A stretch of DNA of 64,000 nt from Polaromonas sp. (lineage in GTDB: Bacteria; Pseudomonadota; Gammaproteobacteria; Burkholderiales; Burkholderiaceae_C), in assembly GCA_031396485.1 (NCBI GenBank), contig JANNKV010000067.1:11493-75492 (forward strand), read 5' to 3'. Positions within the stretch are counted from its first letter, which is position 1, and each line of letters starts with the position of its first letter. The position numbers and the translations under genes are program-made. Under the pieces are notes generated by a model. The model ran no database searches and was not told the origin of the DNA. It saw only the letters and a list, made by a program, of their open reading frames with translations. Positions 53,360 through 62,991 of the stretch are shown one piece after another.

Positions 53360-54205
53360 CTAACCCAGCACATGAAAGCCACCGTCCACAAAAACGACAT
53401 TGCCCGTCATGCCGCGAGACCAGTCGCTGACCAGACCGGCCGCCACGGCACCGACATCGGCAATCGTCACTAGTTGATGGTGCGGCGCGCGTTCGGCGGC
53501 CTGGGCCAGCAGCTTGTCGAAATGCTCGATGCCGGAGGCGGCGCGCGTCAGGATAGGGCCAGGCGACAAGGCATGCACGCGAATGCCTTTTGGACCCAGC
53601 TCCGTCGCCAGCTCCCGCACCACGGCTTCCAGCGCGGCTTTGACCGGCCCCATGATGTTGTAGTGCTCCACCACCTTTTGCGCGCCGTAGTAGCTGGTGG
53701 TCAGCAGCGTGCCGCCGCTACCCATCAGCGGCTCAGCCAGCCGGGCCATGCGGATGAACGAGTGGCAGGAGATATCCATCGCCCGTGCAAAGCCCGCAGC
53801 CGAGCAGTCAATCACCCTGCCGTGCAGGTCTTCTTTTGGAGCGAACGCGACTGCGTGCAGCGCAAAGTCAAGCTGACCCCACTGGCTGGAGATGGCTTCA
53901 AAAACAGCTTCGAGTTCTCCCTGCTTTTCCACATCGCAAGGCAGGGTGATGGTGCTGCCGAGCTGATCGGCCAGCGGACGAACGAATGTCGCAGAGCGCT
54001 CATTGAGGTAGGTGATGGCCAGCTCGGCACCCAGGCCGCGCATGGCCCTGGCGCAGCCCCAAGCGATGCTTTGATTGTTGGCAATGCCGATGATCAAGCC
54101 CTTCTTGCCAGCGAGGTTGATGGAGGTCGGGACGATAACGCCGGTGCCAGAGCTCGCTGGCGCTGCTTCGGCAACTTCCGCTGGTGGCATCTGGGCTGCG
54201 CTCAT
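53360..54205 (-). CDS. fabI: enoyl-[acyl-carrier-protein]/enoyl-CoA reductase, FabI-like SDR
   Basis: LAGKKGLIIGIANNQSIAWGCA and the Y-x6-K region (YYGAQKVVEHYNIMGPVKAALE). The start ATG overlaps the phaC stop (ATGA at 54202-54205). Confidence 0.8.
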   Translation of the reverse strand: MSAAQMPPAEVAEAAPASSGTGVIVPTSINLAGKKGLIIGIANNQSIAWGCARAMRGLGAELAITYLNERSATFVRPLADQLGSTITLPCDVEKQGELEAVFEAISSQWGQLDFALHAVAFAPKEDLHGRVIDCSAAGFARAMDISCHSFIRMARLAEPLMGSGGTLLTTSYYGAQKVVEHYNIMGPVKAALEAVVRELATELGPKGIRVHALSPGPILTRAASGIEHFDKLLAQAAERAPHHQLVTIADVGAVAAGLVSDWSRGMTGNVVFVDGGFHVLG

Positions 54206-55932
54206 CTTTGCAACACGTAAGTGCCCGGAGCGGCGCAAACAGGCGCCAGTCCCCTGGCTTCGGCACCCATGGCGGGCGGTGCGACAGATTCGCCAGAACG
54301 CTCACCCAGCCAGAGCGCCCAGCAGGGCCACCATGAGCCTTCCATCACTGGCGCGGCCTCCAGCCAGGCATCAGGCGCAAGGTAGTTGTCTGCTGTGGCC
54401 TGTGTCATTACCTGGTAGCTGCGTCCGGGCACGCCCGGCGGGTTGACGATGCCCACGTTGTGACCGCCCGAAGTCAGCAAGAAAGTCAGCGCTGCTTCAG
54501 TCAGCGCATGCAGTTTGTAAACCGAACGCCACGGGGCTACATGGTCGCGCGCCGTGCCGACGCAGAAAATGGGGCAAGTGATGTCGTTCAGGGTCACCGG
54601 CTTCTGATTAACCTCGTAACGCCCGCCAGCCAGATCGTTGTGCAGGAACAGGCGGCGCAGGTATTCGGAGTGCATGCGCAAGGGCAGGCGCGTGCCGTCA
54701 GCGTTCCAGGCCATCAAATCGCTGACCGGCAGACGCTCGCCCATCAGGTAGTCGTTCATCATTCTTGACCACACCAGGTCGTTGGAGCTCATGAGCTGGA
54801 AGGCACTGGCCATTTGCTGGTTGTCGAGATAGCCCTTGCCACGCATGCTCTCTTCGAGTTGCGTGACCTGCTCCTCGTCAATGAACAGGGACAACTCCCC
54901 CGGTTCGGTGAAATCGGTCTGTGCTGCAAACAGCGACAGCGACGCCAGTCGCTCGTCACCGTCCATGCCCATGGCTGCCGCTGCAATCGTCAGCAGGGTA
55001 CCGCCAAGGCAATAGCCGACGGCATGTATCTTTTGTTCTGGAACGACGACGCCGACGGCATCAAGCGCGTCCATCACGCCAAGACGGAGGTAGTCATCCA
55101 TTCCCAGGTCGCGATCTTCCGAGCCCGGATTGCGCCATGAAATTGTGAACACCGTGTAGCCCTGGTCCACCAAATACTTGATCAGCGAGTCGCCCGGCGA
55201 GAGGTCGAGGATGTAGTACTTCATGATCCAGGCGGGCACGATCAGGATCGGCTCCGGTCGCACTTTTTCGCAGGTGGGCTGGTACTGGATCAGCTCGATC
55301 AGGTGGTTGCGAAAAATCACCTGTCCAGGCGTTGCCGCAACCTGCGTTCCCACCTTGAAAGCGTTGGCTCCAATCGGCATGGCCTTGGCCTGCAGACGCT
55401 GGGCGTCAGCCATCAGGTTTTGCAGCCCGTGCACCAGATTGGCGCCGCCGGTTTTCACCGTGCGCGCCAGCACTTCGGGATTCGTCAGCGCGAAATTGGC
55501 CGGCGAAAAGATATCCAGTAGCTGCCTGGCCGAAAAACTGACCATGTCCTGATGGTGCGGCGAGACGCCTGGAACGCCGGTGGTGGCGCCGTACCACCAT
55601 TGCTGGGTCAGCAAAAAAGACTGGCTGAGAACGTTGAACGGCCAGTCCTGCCAGCCCGGATGCGCGAACCGGCGGTCCGGCCGCGCCGGCGCCAAGCCGG
55701 ACGGGCCCGTCGGCATGCCCAAACCAAAGAGTTGCTGAAACAACTGAACCGACTCCTTGGCCAGTTCCACCTGTTTGTCCGGATTTTTGGCGAGGTGAGC
55801 AAGCCAGTCATCGAAGGCCGCGCGATAAGCCGCCGTTGAGCGGCCCGTCTGTGGCGTTGCAACGGGCGTTAACAGTTCCGCGCCGGAAGCCCGGCCAGGT
55901 GATGAAAGCTCAGACGAAGTGAGAAGTGTCAT
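54202..55932 (-). CDS. phaC: class I poly(R)-hydroxyalkanoate synthase
   Basis: 576 aa. Lipase-box-like GYCLGG with catalytic Cys. Typical PhaC N-terminal and alpha/beta-hydrolase regions. Confidence 0.85.
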   Translation of the reverse strand: MTLLTSSELSSPGRASGAELLTPVATPQTGRSTAAYRAAFDDWLAHLAKNPDKQVELAKESVQLFQQLFGLGMPTGPSGLAPARPDRRFAHPGWQDWPFNVLSQSFLLTQQWWYGATTGVPGVSPHHQDMVSFSARQLLDIFSPANFALTNPEVLARTVKTGGANLVHGLQNLMADAQRLQAKAMPIGANAFKVGTQVAATPGQVIFRNHLIELIQYQPTCEKVRPEPILIVPAWIMKYYILDLSPGDSLIKYLVDQGYTVFTISWRNPGSEDRDLGMDDYLRLGVMDALDAVGVVVPEQKIHAVGYCLGGTLLTIAAAAMGMDGDERLASLSLFAAQTDFTEPGELSLFIDEEQVTQLEESMRGKGYLDNQQMASAFQLMSSNDLVWSRMMNDYLMGERLPVSDLMAWNADGTRLPLRMHSEYLRRLFLHNDLAGGRYEVNQKPVTLNDITCPIFCVGTARDHVAPWRSVYKLHALTEAALTFLLTSGGHNVGIVNPPGVPGRSYQVMTQATADNYLAPDAWLEAAPVMEGSWWPCWALWLGERSGESVAPPAMGAEARGLAPVCAAPGTYVLQR

Positions 55933-56058
55933 TGAATTAGAACTTTCTGAATGGGACTAAGGAGTCGAATGGTCCCGAGAGGTGAATGGGGAAAGAAGAA
56001 CAATCAAACAGCGTCAGGCACTTGTTCCGGAAAGCGCACGCCTACACCGATCAACCGT

Positions 56059-57831
56059 TCACGCAGGACTTTCATGCGAAGTGTTGAACGACGCCAGCCG
56101 CGCCAGCAGTTCTGCCGGGTACTCGATTTCCGTCCGCACGGCGCCCGCGTATACGCTGCCCTCGTTACCGTCTAGCGTCAGCAGGTCGCCTTCTCGCAGC
56201 GTCGTCTCGCCGATCTTGATGCTGCGTGCTGCCTCGTCGATCTGCAGGTCAGCACAGCCGACCAGACAGACCTTACCCAACTGGCGTGCGACCACGGCCG
56301 CATGCGAGGTGCGCGCGCCGCGCTGCGTGAGCAGGCCTGTCGCTTGCTCCAGCGCGGCAATATCACTGGTTTCGGCGTTGCGACGGACCAGCACGATCGC
56401 CACACCCGCTTCGTGCAGGCTGGCAGCGCGCGCTGCATCGAGCGCGATTTCGCCGATGGCGACGCCGCTGCTGGCGGTGGCCGCGCTGGCCAGAGGAACC
56501 AGCGGCACGCCGTCGGTCGTCACCACGCGGGGGCGTCCGAGCGCCTCGCGGGTGAGGCCCGCCACACGCAGGCGCGCCGTGTCCGCGTCGATCAGCTTGT
56601 CATCGAAAAGGTCCAGCGCAATGCGCGCAGCCGCCTGGGGCGTGCGCTTGCCGCTGCGTGTCTGCAGCATGAAAAGACGCGCGTCCTGCACCGTGAATTC
56701 GAAATCCTGCATGTCGCCAAAGGCCTGCTCCAGTTGCCGGGCAGCTTCCTGCAGCTCAAGCCAGACCTCCGGCAGCACGGTGGCCAGCTCATCGTGTCCA
56801 TGAGCGCTGCGCCGGCCTGACACCACATCTTCACCCTGTGCATTGAAAAGAAAATCCACCCACAAGGCGGGCTCGCCAGTCGCAGGGTCGCGTGAGAATC
56901 CGACGCCGGCGCCTGACTTCCCGCCCCCATTGCCAAACACCATGCTCTGCACCGTCACAGCGGTGCCGATCGCATCCGCAACGCCGTTGAGCTTCCGATA
57001 AGCGCAGGCCTTGTCTGACAGCCAGGACGAAAAAACCGCCTCTATTGCACCGCCGAGCTGCTGCTGCGGGTCCTGCGGAAAAGGTTGACCGGTTGCCTGC
57101 TCGTAGATACCGAGAAATTGGCGCGTGAGCTCGCGCAGATCCGCGAAGTCGAGCTCGCGCTCATCGCGGTCTCTGCGGTCTCCGGTGAGCGTGGCGACTG
57201 CCTCATCAAACAATTGGCCCGGCAGGCCGGCAACTACCTCGCCGTAGCTCGCCACCAGCCGCCGGTATGCGTCCCAGACCAGGCGTGGGTTGCCGGTGAG
57301 CCGCAGCAACCCGCCCACGGTTTGGTCGCAAAGCCCGATGTTCAGCAGTGTCTCCATCATGCCCGGCATCGACACCGGCGCCCCGGAACGCACCGACAGC
57401 AGCAAAGGGCGGCGGCGGTCGCCAAATTTCAATCCCGTCGCAGCTTGCAGCGCTTGCAGGCTTGAAGCCCATAGACCTGGATCCGAGGTCAATGCACGCG
57501 CGGCAGGGTCGATGCAATAGTGCGTCCCAAGCACAAAAGCGGGCGGCACGGGTAACAACAGCTGCGACATGCGCAGCAGGTTCCAGGCCTTGAAGCCCAT
57601 CGTCTGCGCCGACGGCTGCAAGCTGCCGGCGGCCGAGGCCGTGGTGGTAGTTCCGCATCCGATCAGGTACATCGCCGGCGAAAGCTCGGTGCTGGCGAGT
57701 CCAGGTTTGGCCGGTAGGGGCGCTGCGGCCGCGCGACCGATGTCATCGCCTCGCGGCAACGGAACATCCAGCGGCTCGCGCTGCATCACGGCGTTGCCGT
57801 GTTCATCATGCGGCTCACGGCCTGAGCTCAT
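56059..57831 (-). CDS. PPDK/PEP-synthase-like protein lacking the C-terminal PEP/pyruvate TIM-barrel domain
   Basis: 590 aa. N-terminal ATP-grasp (LLPVPPAFVLGT) and a phosphohistidine swivel domain (GARTSHAAVVARQLG). The protein ends about 70 aa after the His motif. Confidence 0.75.
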   Translation of the reverse strand: MSSGREPHDEHGNAVMQREPLDVPLPRGDDIGRAAAAPLPAKPGLASTELSPAMYLIGCGTTTTASAAGSLQPSAQTMGFKAWNLLRMSQLLLPVPPAFVLGTHYCIDPAARALTSDPGLWASSLQALQAATGLKFGDRRRPLLLSVRSGAPVSMPGMMETLLNIGLCDQTVGGLLRLTGNPRLVWDAYRRLVASYGEVVAGLPGQLFDEAVATLTGDRRDRDERELDFADLRELTRQFLGIYEQATGQPFPQDPQQQLGGAIEAVFSSWLSDKACAYRKLNGVADAIGTAVTVQSMVFGNGGGKSGAGVGFSRDPATGEPALWVDFLFNAQGEDVVSGRRSAHGHDELATVLPEVWLELQEAARQLEQAFGDMQDFEFTVQDARLFMLQTRSGKRTPQAAARIALDLFDDKLIDADTARLRVAGLTREALGRPRVVTTDGVPLVPLASAATASSGVAIGEIALDAARAASLHEAGVAIVLVRRNAETSDIAALEQATGLLTQRGARTSHAAVVARQLGKVCLVGCADLQIDEAARSIKIGETTLREGDLLTLDGNEGSVYAGAVRTEIEYPAELLARLASFNTSHESPA

Positions 57832-59777
57832 TCGGGCAATCCCGCCTTATCGAAGGCAACATCGCGCAGCGCGTAGCTGGCCGTGAGCAGCCGGTCAGAA
57901 GCCAATTCAAGGGCCACCGCCAGGTCATTGGCAAGCATCAGCGACGGCGCATCGCGCAACTCGCGCAGGATCACCCGGCGCGCTTCGCGCAACAGCGCGT
58001 CGCATTTGCGTTCGGCCCGCAAAACCTGCCAGGTCGACGCCAGAAACGCGTCGTTGTCGCTGGCCTCACTGTCCGCACCCAGTGTTCGCGCGACAGCCAA
58101 CGCCTTCACATGGTCCTGAATCGCCTGCAATACCGCTGCGGCCAGACGCCCCAGCACGTCGCGAACATCAGCATTCCAGCCTTTCACATGGTCATCAGCG
58201 ATCAGGCTGATCAAGAAAGCCGCTTCTTCAAGCGCATCGGCCACGTCGTCAGACTGTTCGGCAAGCCGGGCGAATATCCGCCAGCGCGGCTGAAGCTCGG
58301 CCTTGTCACGCGCCTGCATCACCAGGTGGTCGGCGCGGCGTTCCCACGCCTTGGCGCGACTGCCGAGTGCCTGCGCGTCCTTGCGCGAGCCTTCGACGCC
58401 GTGGGCCAGACCATCGCTGACGGCTTGCGCCAGCGCGTGGCAGTAGCCCGCGTGTTCCACCAGCAGATCAAACTCCGTGCTGCGGTGGCGGACATGCCGG
58501 GCGAGCAGCATGCGCGCCTGGTCGCTCACCTGTGCGGGCGGTTGCCCGGCCTGCAGGGCGTCCCGGGCCAGTTGCAGAACGGCCAGCAGAAAGGCGCGCG
58601 CATCCCCCGCACCCATGACGTCGTCGAGCCGGTCACCGACCTTGAACACGCCTTCGCCAGCGGCTTGCATCGCCGTGAAAATCAGCCGCTCGCCGCCTGC
58701 CTGCAACCACGCCCGATGACCGGTGTCGAGCCGCGCGGCTTCCGTCAGTATCTCGATGGCAGCGTCTTTCTCAACGAACAGCTGCAGCCGCTTGCGGGCG
58801 CGGTTCCAGTCGATCAAAAACACGATGCGGGACGCCACGCCTTCGAGCGCAGCCTCCAGTGCGCGGTTGTCAGCGCAGTCAAAGCGGGCTGTGGCCACCG
58901 AGTAGGCGTCGCCCTGATTGAGGTCTGCGCTGGCGCGCGATTCCAGCGTCGACCACTGGGCACCAAATGGCAGCAGCAGCGATTGGAAACACGCGAAGCG
59001 GGCACGATGCAGATCGGAGTAAGTCAGCGTGATGGTGCGGCCCACCACCTGAAGCACCAGCACATGCACATCATTGGTACCGATGTCGTTCTGCAGCAGC
59101 AAGCGATCGCCATCGCGCGTGGCGCAGGTGTCCAGACCCGGATGGTCGAATTTGAGCGGAGCCGTGCGGTTCAGTCCGCGCATGAAGGCAGCCACCAGCG
59201 CGTGGTCGTCGGCGTGCAGATTCCACACCTGCGCGCCGTCAATCACCTCGCTGGCCAGTTCGCTGGACAGGCCATTGATCTGCTTGTGCAGGTCCATCAC
59301 CAGCAGGTGCAGGCTGTCTGCCTTGCCCCGGCGGCCGTGCGTGAGCGATTCGACCTGCTTGTCACTCAAACGACCGTCCGGTAGCGCGCCCAGCCAGTCG
59401 ATCCAGTGCTTCGCACGCGCATGCAACTCGTCGTCGGCTGGTGTTGTTTCCATCACCGGGCGGGCCATGGCGGCCAGGTCATCGGCGATGCACTTGACCA
59501 GCCTGCGCAGGTCCGGGAACACCACGTCGCCGTCAACCCGGCTGGCGGCCGCGGCCGCGTCGTGAAACCATGCATCCTTCAGCCCTGCGGCGGCCATCTC
59601 GCTGGTCAGATCAGCAGGCTCACGTTCGGGATGGCAAGCATGAGCCGACGCAGCCTGCAACACGGTCAGATACACCTTGAGCCGGTCGTTAGCTCGCAGT
59701 GCTTCGGTCACCCAAGCCGGAAGCAACAACCCCCGCTGGCCCAGAGACGCCACCATGTGGGCTTTTTGCATGACCAT
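57828..59777 (-). CDS. large hypothetical protein, C-terminal DUF47/PhoU-like helical region (tentative)
   Basis: About 650 aa. Its stop overlaps the PPDK-like start (ATGA at 57828-57831). The C-terminal ~200 aa is helical with an ...ADALEEAAFLISL... pattern reminiscent of DUF47. Start uncertain. Confidence 0.55.
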   Translation of the reverse strand: MVMQKAHMVASLGQRGLLLPAWVTEALRANDRLKVYLTVLQAASAHACHPEREPADLTSEMAAAGLKDAWFHDAAAAASRVDGDVVFPDLRRLVKCIADDLAAMARPVMETTPADDELHARAKHWIDWLGALPDGRLSDKQVESLTHGRRGKADSLHLLVMDLHKQINGLSSELASEVIDGAQVWNLHADDHALVAAFMRGLNRTAPLKFDHPGLDTCATRDGDRLLLQNDIGTNDVHVLVLQVVGRTITLTYSDLHRARFACFQSLLLPFGAQWSTLESRASADLNQGDAYSVATARFDCADNRALEAALEGVASRIVFLIDWNRARKRLQLFVEKDAAIEILTEAARLDTGHRAWLQAGGERLIFTAMQAAGEGVFKVGDRLDDVMGAGDARAFLLAVLQLARDALQAGQPPAQVSDQARMLLARHVRHRSTEFDLLVEHAGYCHALAQAVSDGLAHGVEGSRKDAQALGSRAKAWERRADHLVMQARDKAELQPRWRIFARLAEQSDDVADALEEAAFLISLIADDHVKGWNADVRDVLGRLAAAVLQAIQDHVKALAVARTLGADSEASDNDAFLASTWQVLRAERKCDALLREARRVILRELRDAPSLMLANDLAVALELASDRLLTASYALRDVAFDKAGLPE

Positions 59778-59901
59778 TACTTTCAGTAGTTTAGAAAGTA
59801 GTGTGCTGCGGTCGAGTGACACCGCGATGACAAGCAAGGGTTAACCCTGTAGGAAAACACCCCCATCACGGTTCGTGTTCGCTTTTTTAGTCGAGCGTCA
59901 G

Positions 59902-59929
59902 AAAAAGACCGGGGCGGCTGGCCCCGGTC
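59902..59929 (-). terminator. rho-independent terminator after hsp20 (minus strand)
   Basis: On the minus strand: GACCGGGGC-CAGCC-GCCCCGGTC followed by TTTTT. Confidence 0.75.
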
Positions 59930-59965
59930 TTCGTTGCAGACCCACCCGTGATCGGCTCTACGTGG

Positions 59966-60475
59966 TCAACCCAAGCTCACATCAATGCGGCGCGGCCTGG
60001 CTTCTTCTGCTTTCGGAATGCGCAGCCGCAGCACGCCGTTGGCCAGCTTCGCCTCTATCTTGCCGGGGTCAAGCTCCCGGCCCAAGGTGAAGCTGCGGCG
60101 GTAGTGCGGACTCTGCACTTCGCCGTACAAAAGTTCCATCTCGGCGCTCGCCGGAACCGCGCTGGCGCCTTCGATGACCAGGTTGTCACCGGTCACCTTG
60201 ATCCCCAGGCGGTCTCGCGGCACGCCGGGCAGGTCGGCCCATACGGTGATGCCGGTTTCGTCTTCGACGATGTCGACCGGCGGTATCAGCGTGCGGGCCT
60301 GCTCGCCAGCGGCGCGAGCGTCTGATGAGCCGTCGCCAGAGGCCTGCAGCTCTCGGCCCTGTACGTCGCCGTTGTTGCCCGCCTGCCGGTTGTGGCCGTT
60401 GCCCTGTGCGGCCCGGCCATTGCCGCCGGTCTGGCTGCGTTGGCTGTCAGGATTGATGGCGGTGTTCGGGTTCAT
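59966..60475 (-). CDS. Hsp20/alpha-crystallin-family small heat-shock protein
   Basis: PPVDIVEDETGITVWADLPGV...ANGVLRLRIPK alpha-crystallin domain. Long G/N/Q-rich N-terminus. Confidence 0.9.
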   Translation of the reverse strand: MNPNTAINPDSQRSQTGGNGRAAQGNGHNRQAGNNGDVQGRELQASGDGSSDARAAGEQARTLIPPVDIVEDETGITVWADLPGVPRDRLGIKVTGDNLVIEGASAVPASAEMELLYGEVQSPHYRRSFTLGRELDPGKIEAKLANGVLRLRIPKAEEARPRRIDVSLG

Positions 60476-60519
60476 GACATCCTCCTTTGAAATATTCGGG
60501 ATTACGCAAAATTTTCAAC

Positions 60520-60969
60520 TCAGCTCACGGTGATCTGGCGCGGCCGGGAAGCCTCGCGCCGCGCCACCGTCACGCGCAACATGCCGTCGCGGCAAGTCGC
60601 GTCGATGCGCGCCGGATCGATGTCGTCGGGCAGCGAGATCACGCGCCGGAAAGCGCCCTTGAAGCGTTCCTGCGCATAGACAGCGATGTTGTCACCGGCA
60701 GGCTCGGTCTCATCGTCCTTGCGCTCCCCGGCAATCACCAGCAAGCCTTTGTCGATCGTGATCTGCAGCGCGTCGGGCGTCATTCCCGGCGCCAATGCCA
60801 GCACTTCAACCGCGTCAGGTGTGGTGCCGACATTGATGGCCGGAAAGCTGCGGTGCGAAAGCGCGCGCAGGCTGTTGCCGGCACCCGGCCGGAAGGCTTG
60901 ATCGAGGCGCTGCTGCCAGCGATCCATCTCGGAAAAGAGGTCGCTGTGGAAGTCTATGGCTGTATTCAT
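60520..60969 (-). CDS. Hsp20/alpha-crystallin-family small heat-shock protein
   Basis: FPAINVGTTPDAVEVLALAPG...RDGMLRVTVAR alpha-crystallin domain. Confidence 0.9.
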   Translation of the reverse strand: MNTAIDFHSDLFSEMDRWQQRLDQAFRPGAGNSLRALSHRSFPAINVGTTPDAVEVLALAPGMTPDALQITIDKGLLVIAGERKDDETEPAGDNIAVYAQERFKGAFRRVISLPDDIDPARIDATCRDGMLRVTVARREASRPRQITVS

Positions 60970-61262
60970 GAGGTGGTGCTCCTTTCAATAAAATTGAACG
61001 AAAACAGACTCTGCCCGCCCCCCGCAGTCTGGCGCTTCGGCGCCTCAAGCCACGGCATCGGCGGCACCATGGAATTAGGGGCGCGACCCGGCGCCAACAT
61101 GAGAAAACGTCGAATCAGCAGGTCAGACTTGTCTGACAAGAGTCGGGAACCAATCCAGTTGCGCCGAACTCCTACGGTGCACTCCCTACGGTGCTTCTCC
61201 AGTCGCGGCCCGCAGAGTCAACGCAGACCGGCGCCACTTCTTCAACCCCCTGCCCTCACCCC

Positions 61263-61727
61263 ATGCTCAGCACCCTCAAAGACCTTTTCGACACCTTCAC
61301 TTCTGCACCGGAAGAACACTCCGCGGCTGAACAGGCGCATTCGGTTCAACTCGCCACCGCCGTTTTGATGGTGGAAGTCATGCGGGCCGAGCCGGGCATC
61401 AAGGCGGAGGAGCGAAGCGCCGTGATGAGGACACTGCGCACGCGTTTCGCGCTGGGCGCCGACGAACTGGCGCGGCTGGTGGAATTGGCCGAACAGGCCG
61501 CCAAAACGGCCTACGACTACCACCGGTTCACCTCCAGCATCAACGGGCATTTCACCCACCCGCAAAAAGTTTCGATCATTGAAAACATGTGGCAGGTGGC
61601 CTATGCCGACGCGCATCTGGACGCGCATGAGAACAGCCTGATCGGCAAGATCGCCGGCCTGCTGCATGTGACGCAGGGCGAATACATCGCCGCCAAGATG
61701 CGGGCGAAAGAAGCCGCCGAAGACTGA
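61263..61727 (+). CDS. TerB-family (tellurite-resistance TerB-like) protein
   Basis: Start trimmed to MLSTLKDLFD. ATAVLMVEVMRAEPGIKAEE...IIENMWQVAYADAHLDAHE is a TerB/DjlA-N-like pattern. Confidence 0.7.
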   Translation: MLSTLKDLFDTFTSAPEEHSAAEQAHSVQLATAVLMVEVMRAEPGIKAEERSAVMRTLRTRFALGADELARLVELAEQAAKTAYDYHRFTSSINGHFTHPQKVSIIENMWQVAYADAHLDAHENSLIGKIAGLLHVTQGEYIAAKMRAKEAAED

Positions 61728-61754
61728 CCGCGTTCCAGCGCGCGAGCGATTTAC

Positions 61755-62711
61755 TCAGGACGGCTGCCTGGGCGGCCGCGGGATTTTCTTGAACTTGATC
61801 AGACGATCCGTCTCGATCGTGTCTTTCTTGACCTGGCGCTCGGCATCGATGAGCCGTCCCGCAGCGAGCCACCCGGCGAACTCTTCCGGCGTTTCCAGTG
61901 TGACGCGGCCCAGCGTGGCGGCCCGAAATTCATAGATCACGATCTCGGCGGCTTTTTGCAGATTGACCCGGCCTTTGGTTAAAACCGCGCCGCGTTTGCG
62001 GCCGATGTCTTCGAGCAGCTGCTCGTCGGTGGTGCCTTCGGGCAGTTCGACCTTGTAGCGCGCCTTGAGCAAGTCGGGGTAGTTCTTGATCAAATAATCC
62101 AGCAGTTCCAGCGCCACTTCTTCCTCGTTGAACGCATTGCGGCCAATGGCGCCGCTGGCGGCCAGGTTGTAGCCGCTTTTGGCGACGATGATGCGCGGCC
62201 ACAGCATGCCTGGCGTGTCGTACAGATAAAAATCATCGGCCAGCGAGATGCGCTGCTCGGCCTTGGTGATGCCGGCCTCGTCGCCGGTCTTGGCGGCGCG
62301 CTTGCCAGTCAGTGTGTTGATGAGCGTCGATTTGCCGACGTTCGGAATGCCGCAGATCAGCACCCGCATCGGTTTGACCATGCCGCCGCGCAGCGGTGCC
62401 AGCGCGCGTGCGGCCGAAATCAGGCGACGCGCCGGTGCGGTCTCGCTGGCGTCGAGCTCGATCGCGCGGGTGTTCGGCAGCGCGTTGTAATGCGCCAGCC
62501 ACAGCGCCGTGCGCGCCGGGTCGGCCAGGTCCTGCTTGTTGATCACTTTCAGTGCGGGGCGGCGGGCGGTGAGTTCGGCCAGCATCGGGTTGGCGCTGGA
62601 GCCGGGCAGGCGGGCGTCGAGCAGTTCGATCACCACGTCAATCTCCTTGATGCGCTCGCTGATCGCTTTTTTGGTCAGGTGCATGTGACCGGGAAACCAT
62701 TGAATGGCCAT
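61755..62711 (-). CDS. ylqF: ribosome biogenesis GTPase YlqF/RbgA
   Basis: Start trimmed to MAIQWFPGHMHLTKK (hallmark). Circularly permuted G motifs (NKQDL ... GIPNVGKST ... DTPG). Confidence 0.9.
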   Translation of the reverse strand: MAIQWFPGHMHLTKKAISERIKEIDVVIELLDARLPGSSANPMLAELTARRPALKVINKQDLADPARTALWLAHYNALPNTRAIELDASETAPARRLISAARALAPLRGGMVKPMRVLICGIPNVGKSTLINTLTGKRAAKTGDEAGITKAEQRISLADDFYLYDTPGMLWPRIIVAKSGYNLAASGAIGRNAFNEEEVALELLDYLIKNYPDLLKARYKVELPEGTTDEQLLEDIGRKRGAVLTKGRVNLQKAAEIVIYEFRAATLGRVTLETPEEFAGWLAAGRLIDAERQVKKDTIETDRLIKFKKIPRPPRQPS

Positions 62712-62991
62712 CGGGGAGATCTCTTTCAGGTTTCTGGTTTGATGCGCCTGAGTGCATGCGCGCGCGTCGCGGTGCGAAAGCCAAGCGCCAGGCACGGATA
62801 GCTGACCGCTCCAAGCCGCGGATGATTGCGCGTGGTAGTGCATTGTCCTAGAATTAATGGGCGGGATTGTCAGGCGACCGGTGTGCCGCCATGTCAGAAG
62901 TCTGGCGACATTTCCGGCGTGCTTCGCGGCAGTGCGACCCGCATTGTCATTGGTGACTTCTGCAACCTGGCACGGGTCCAAGGAGCAAGTC

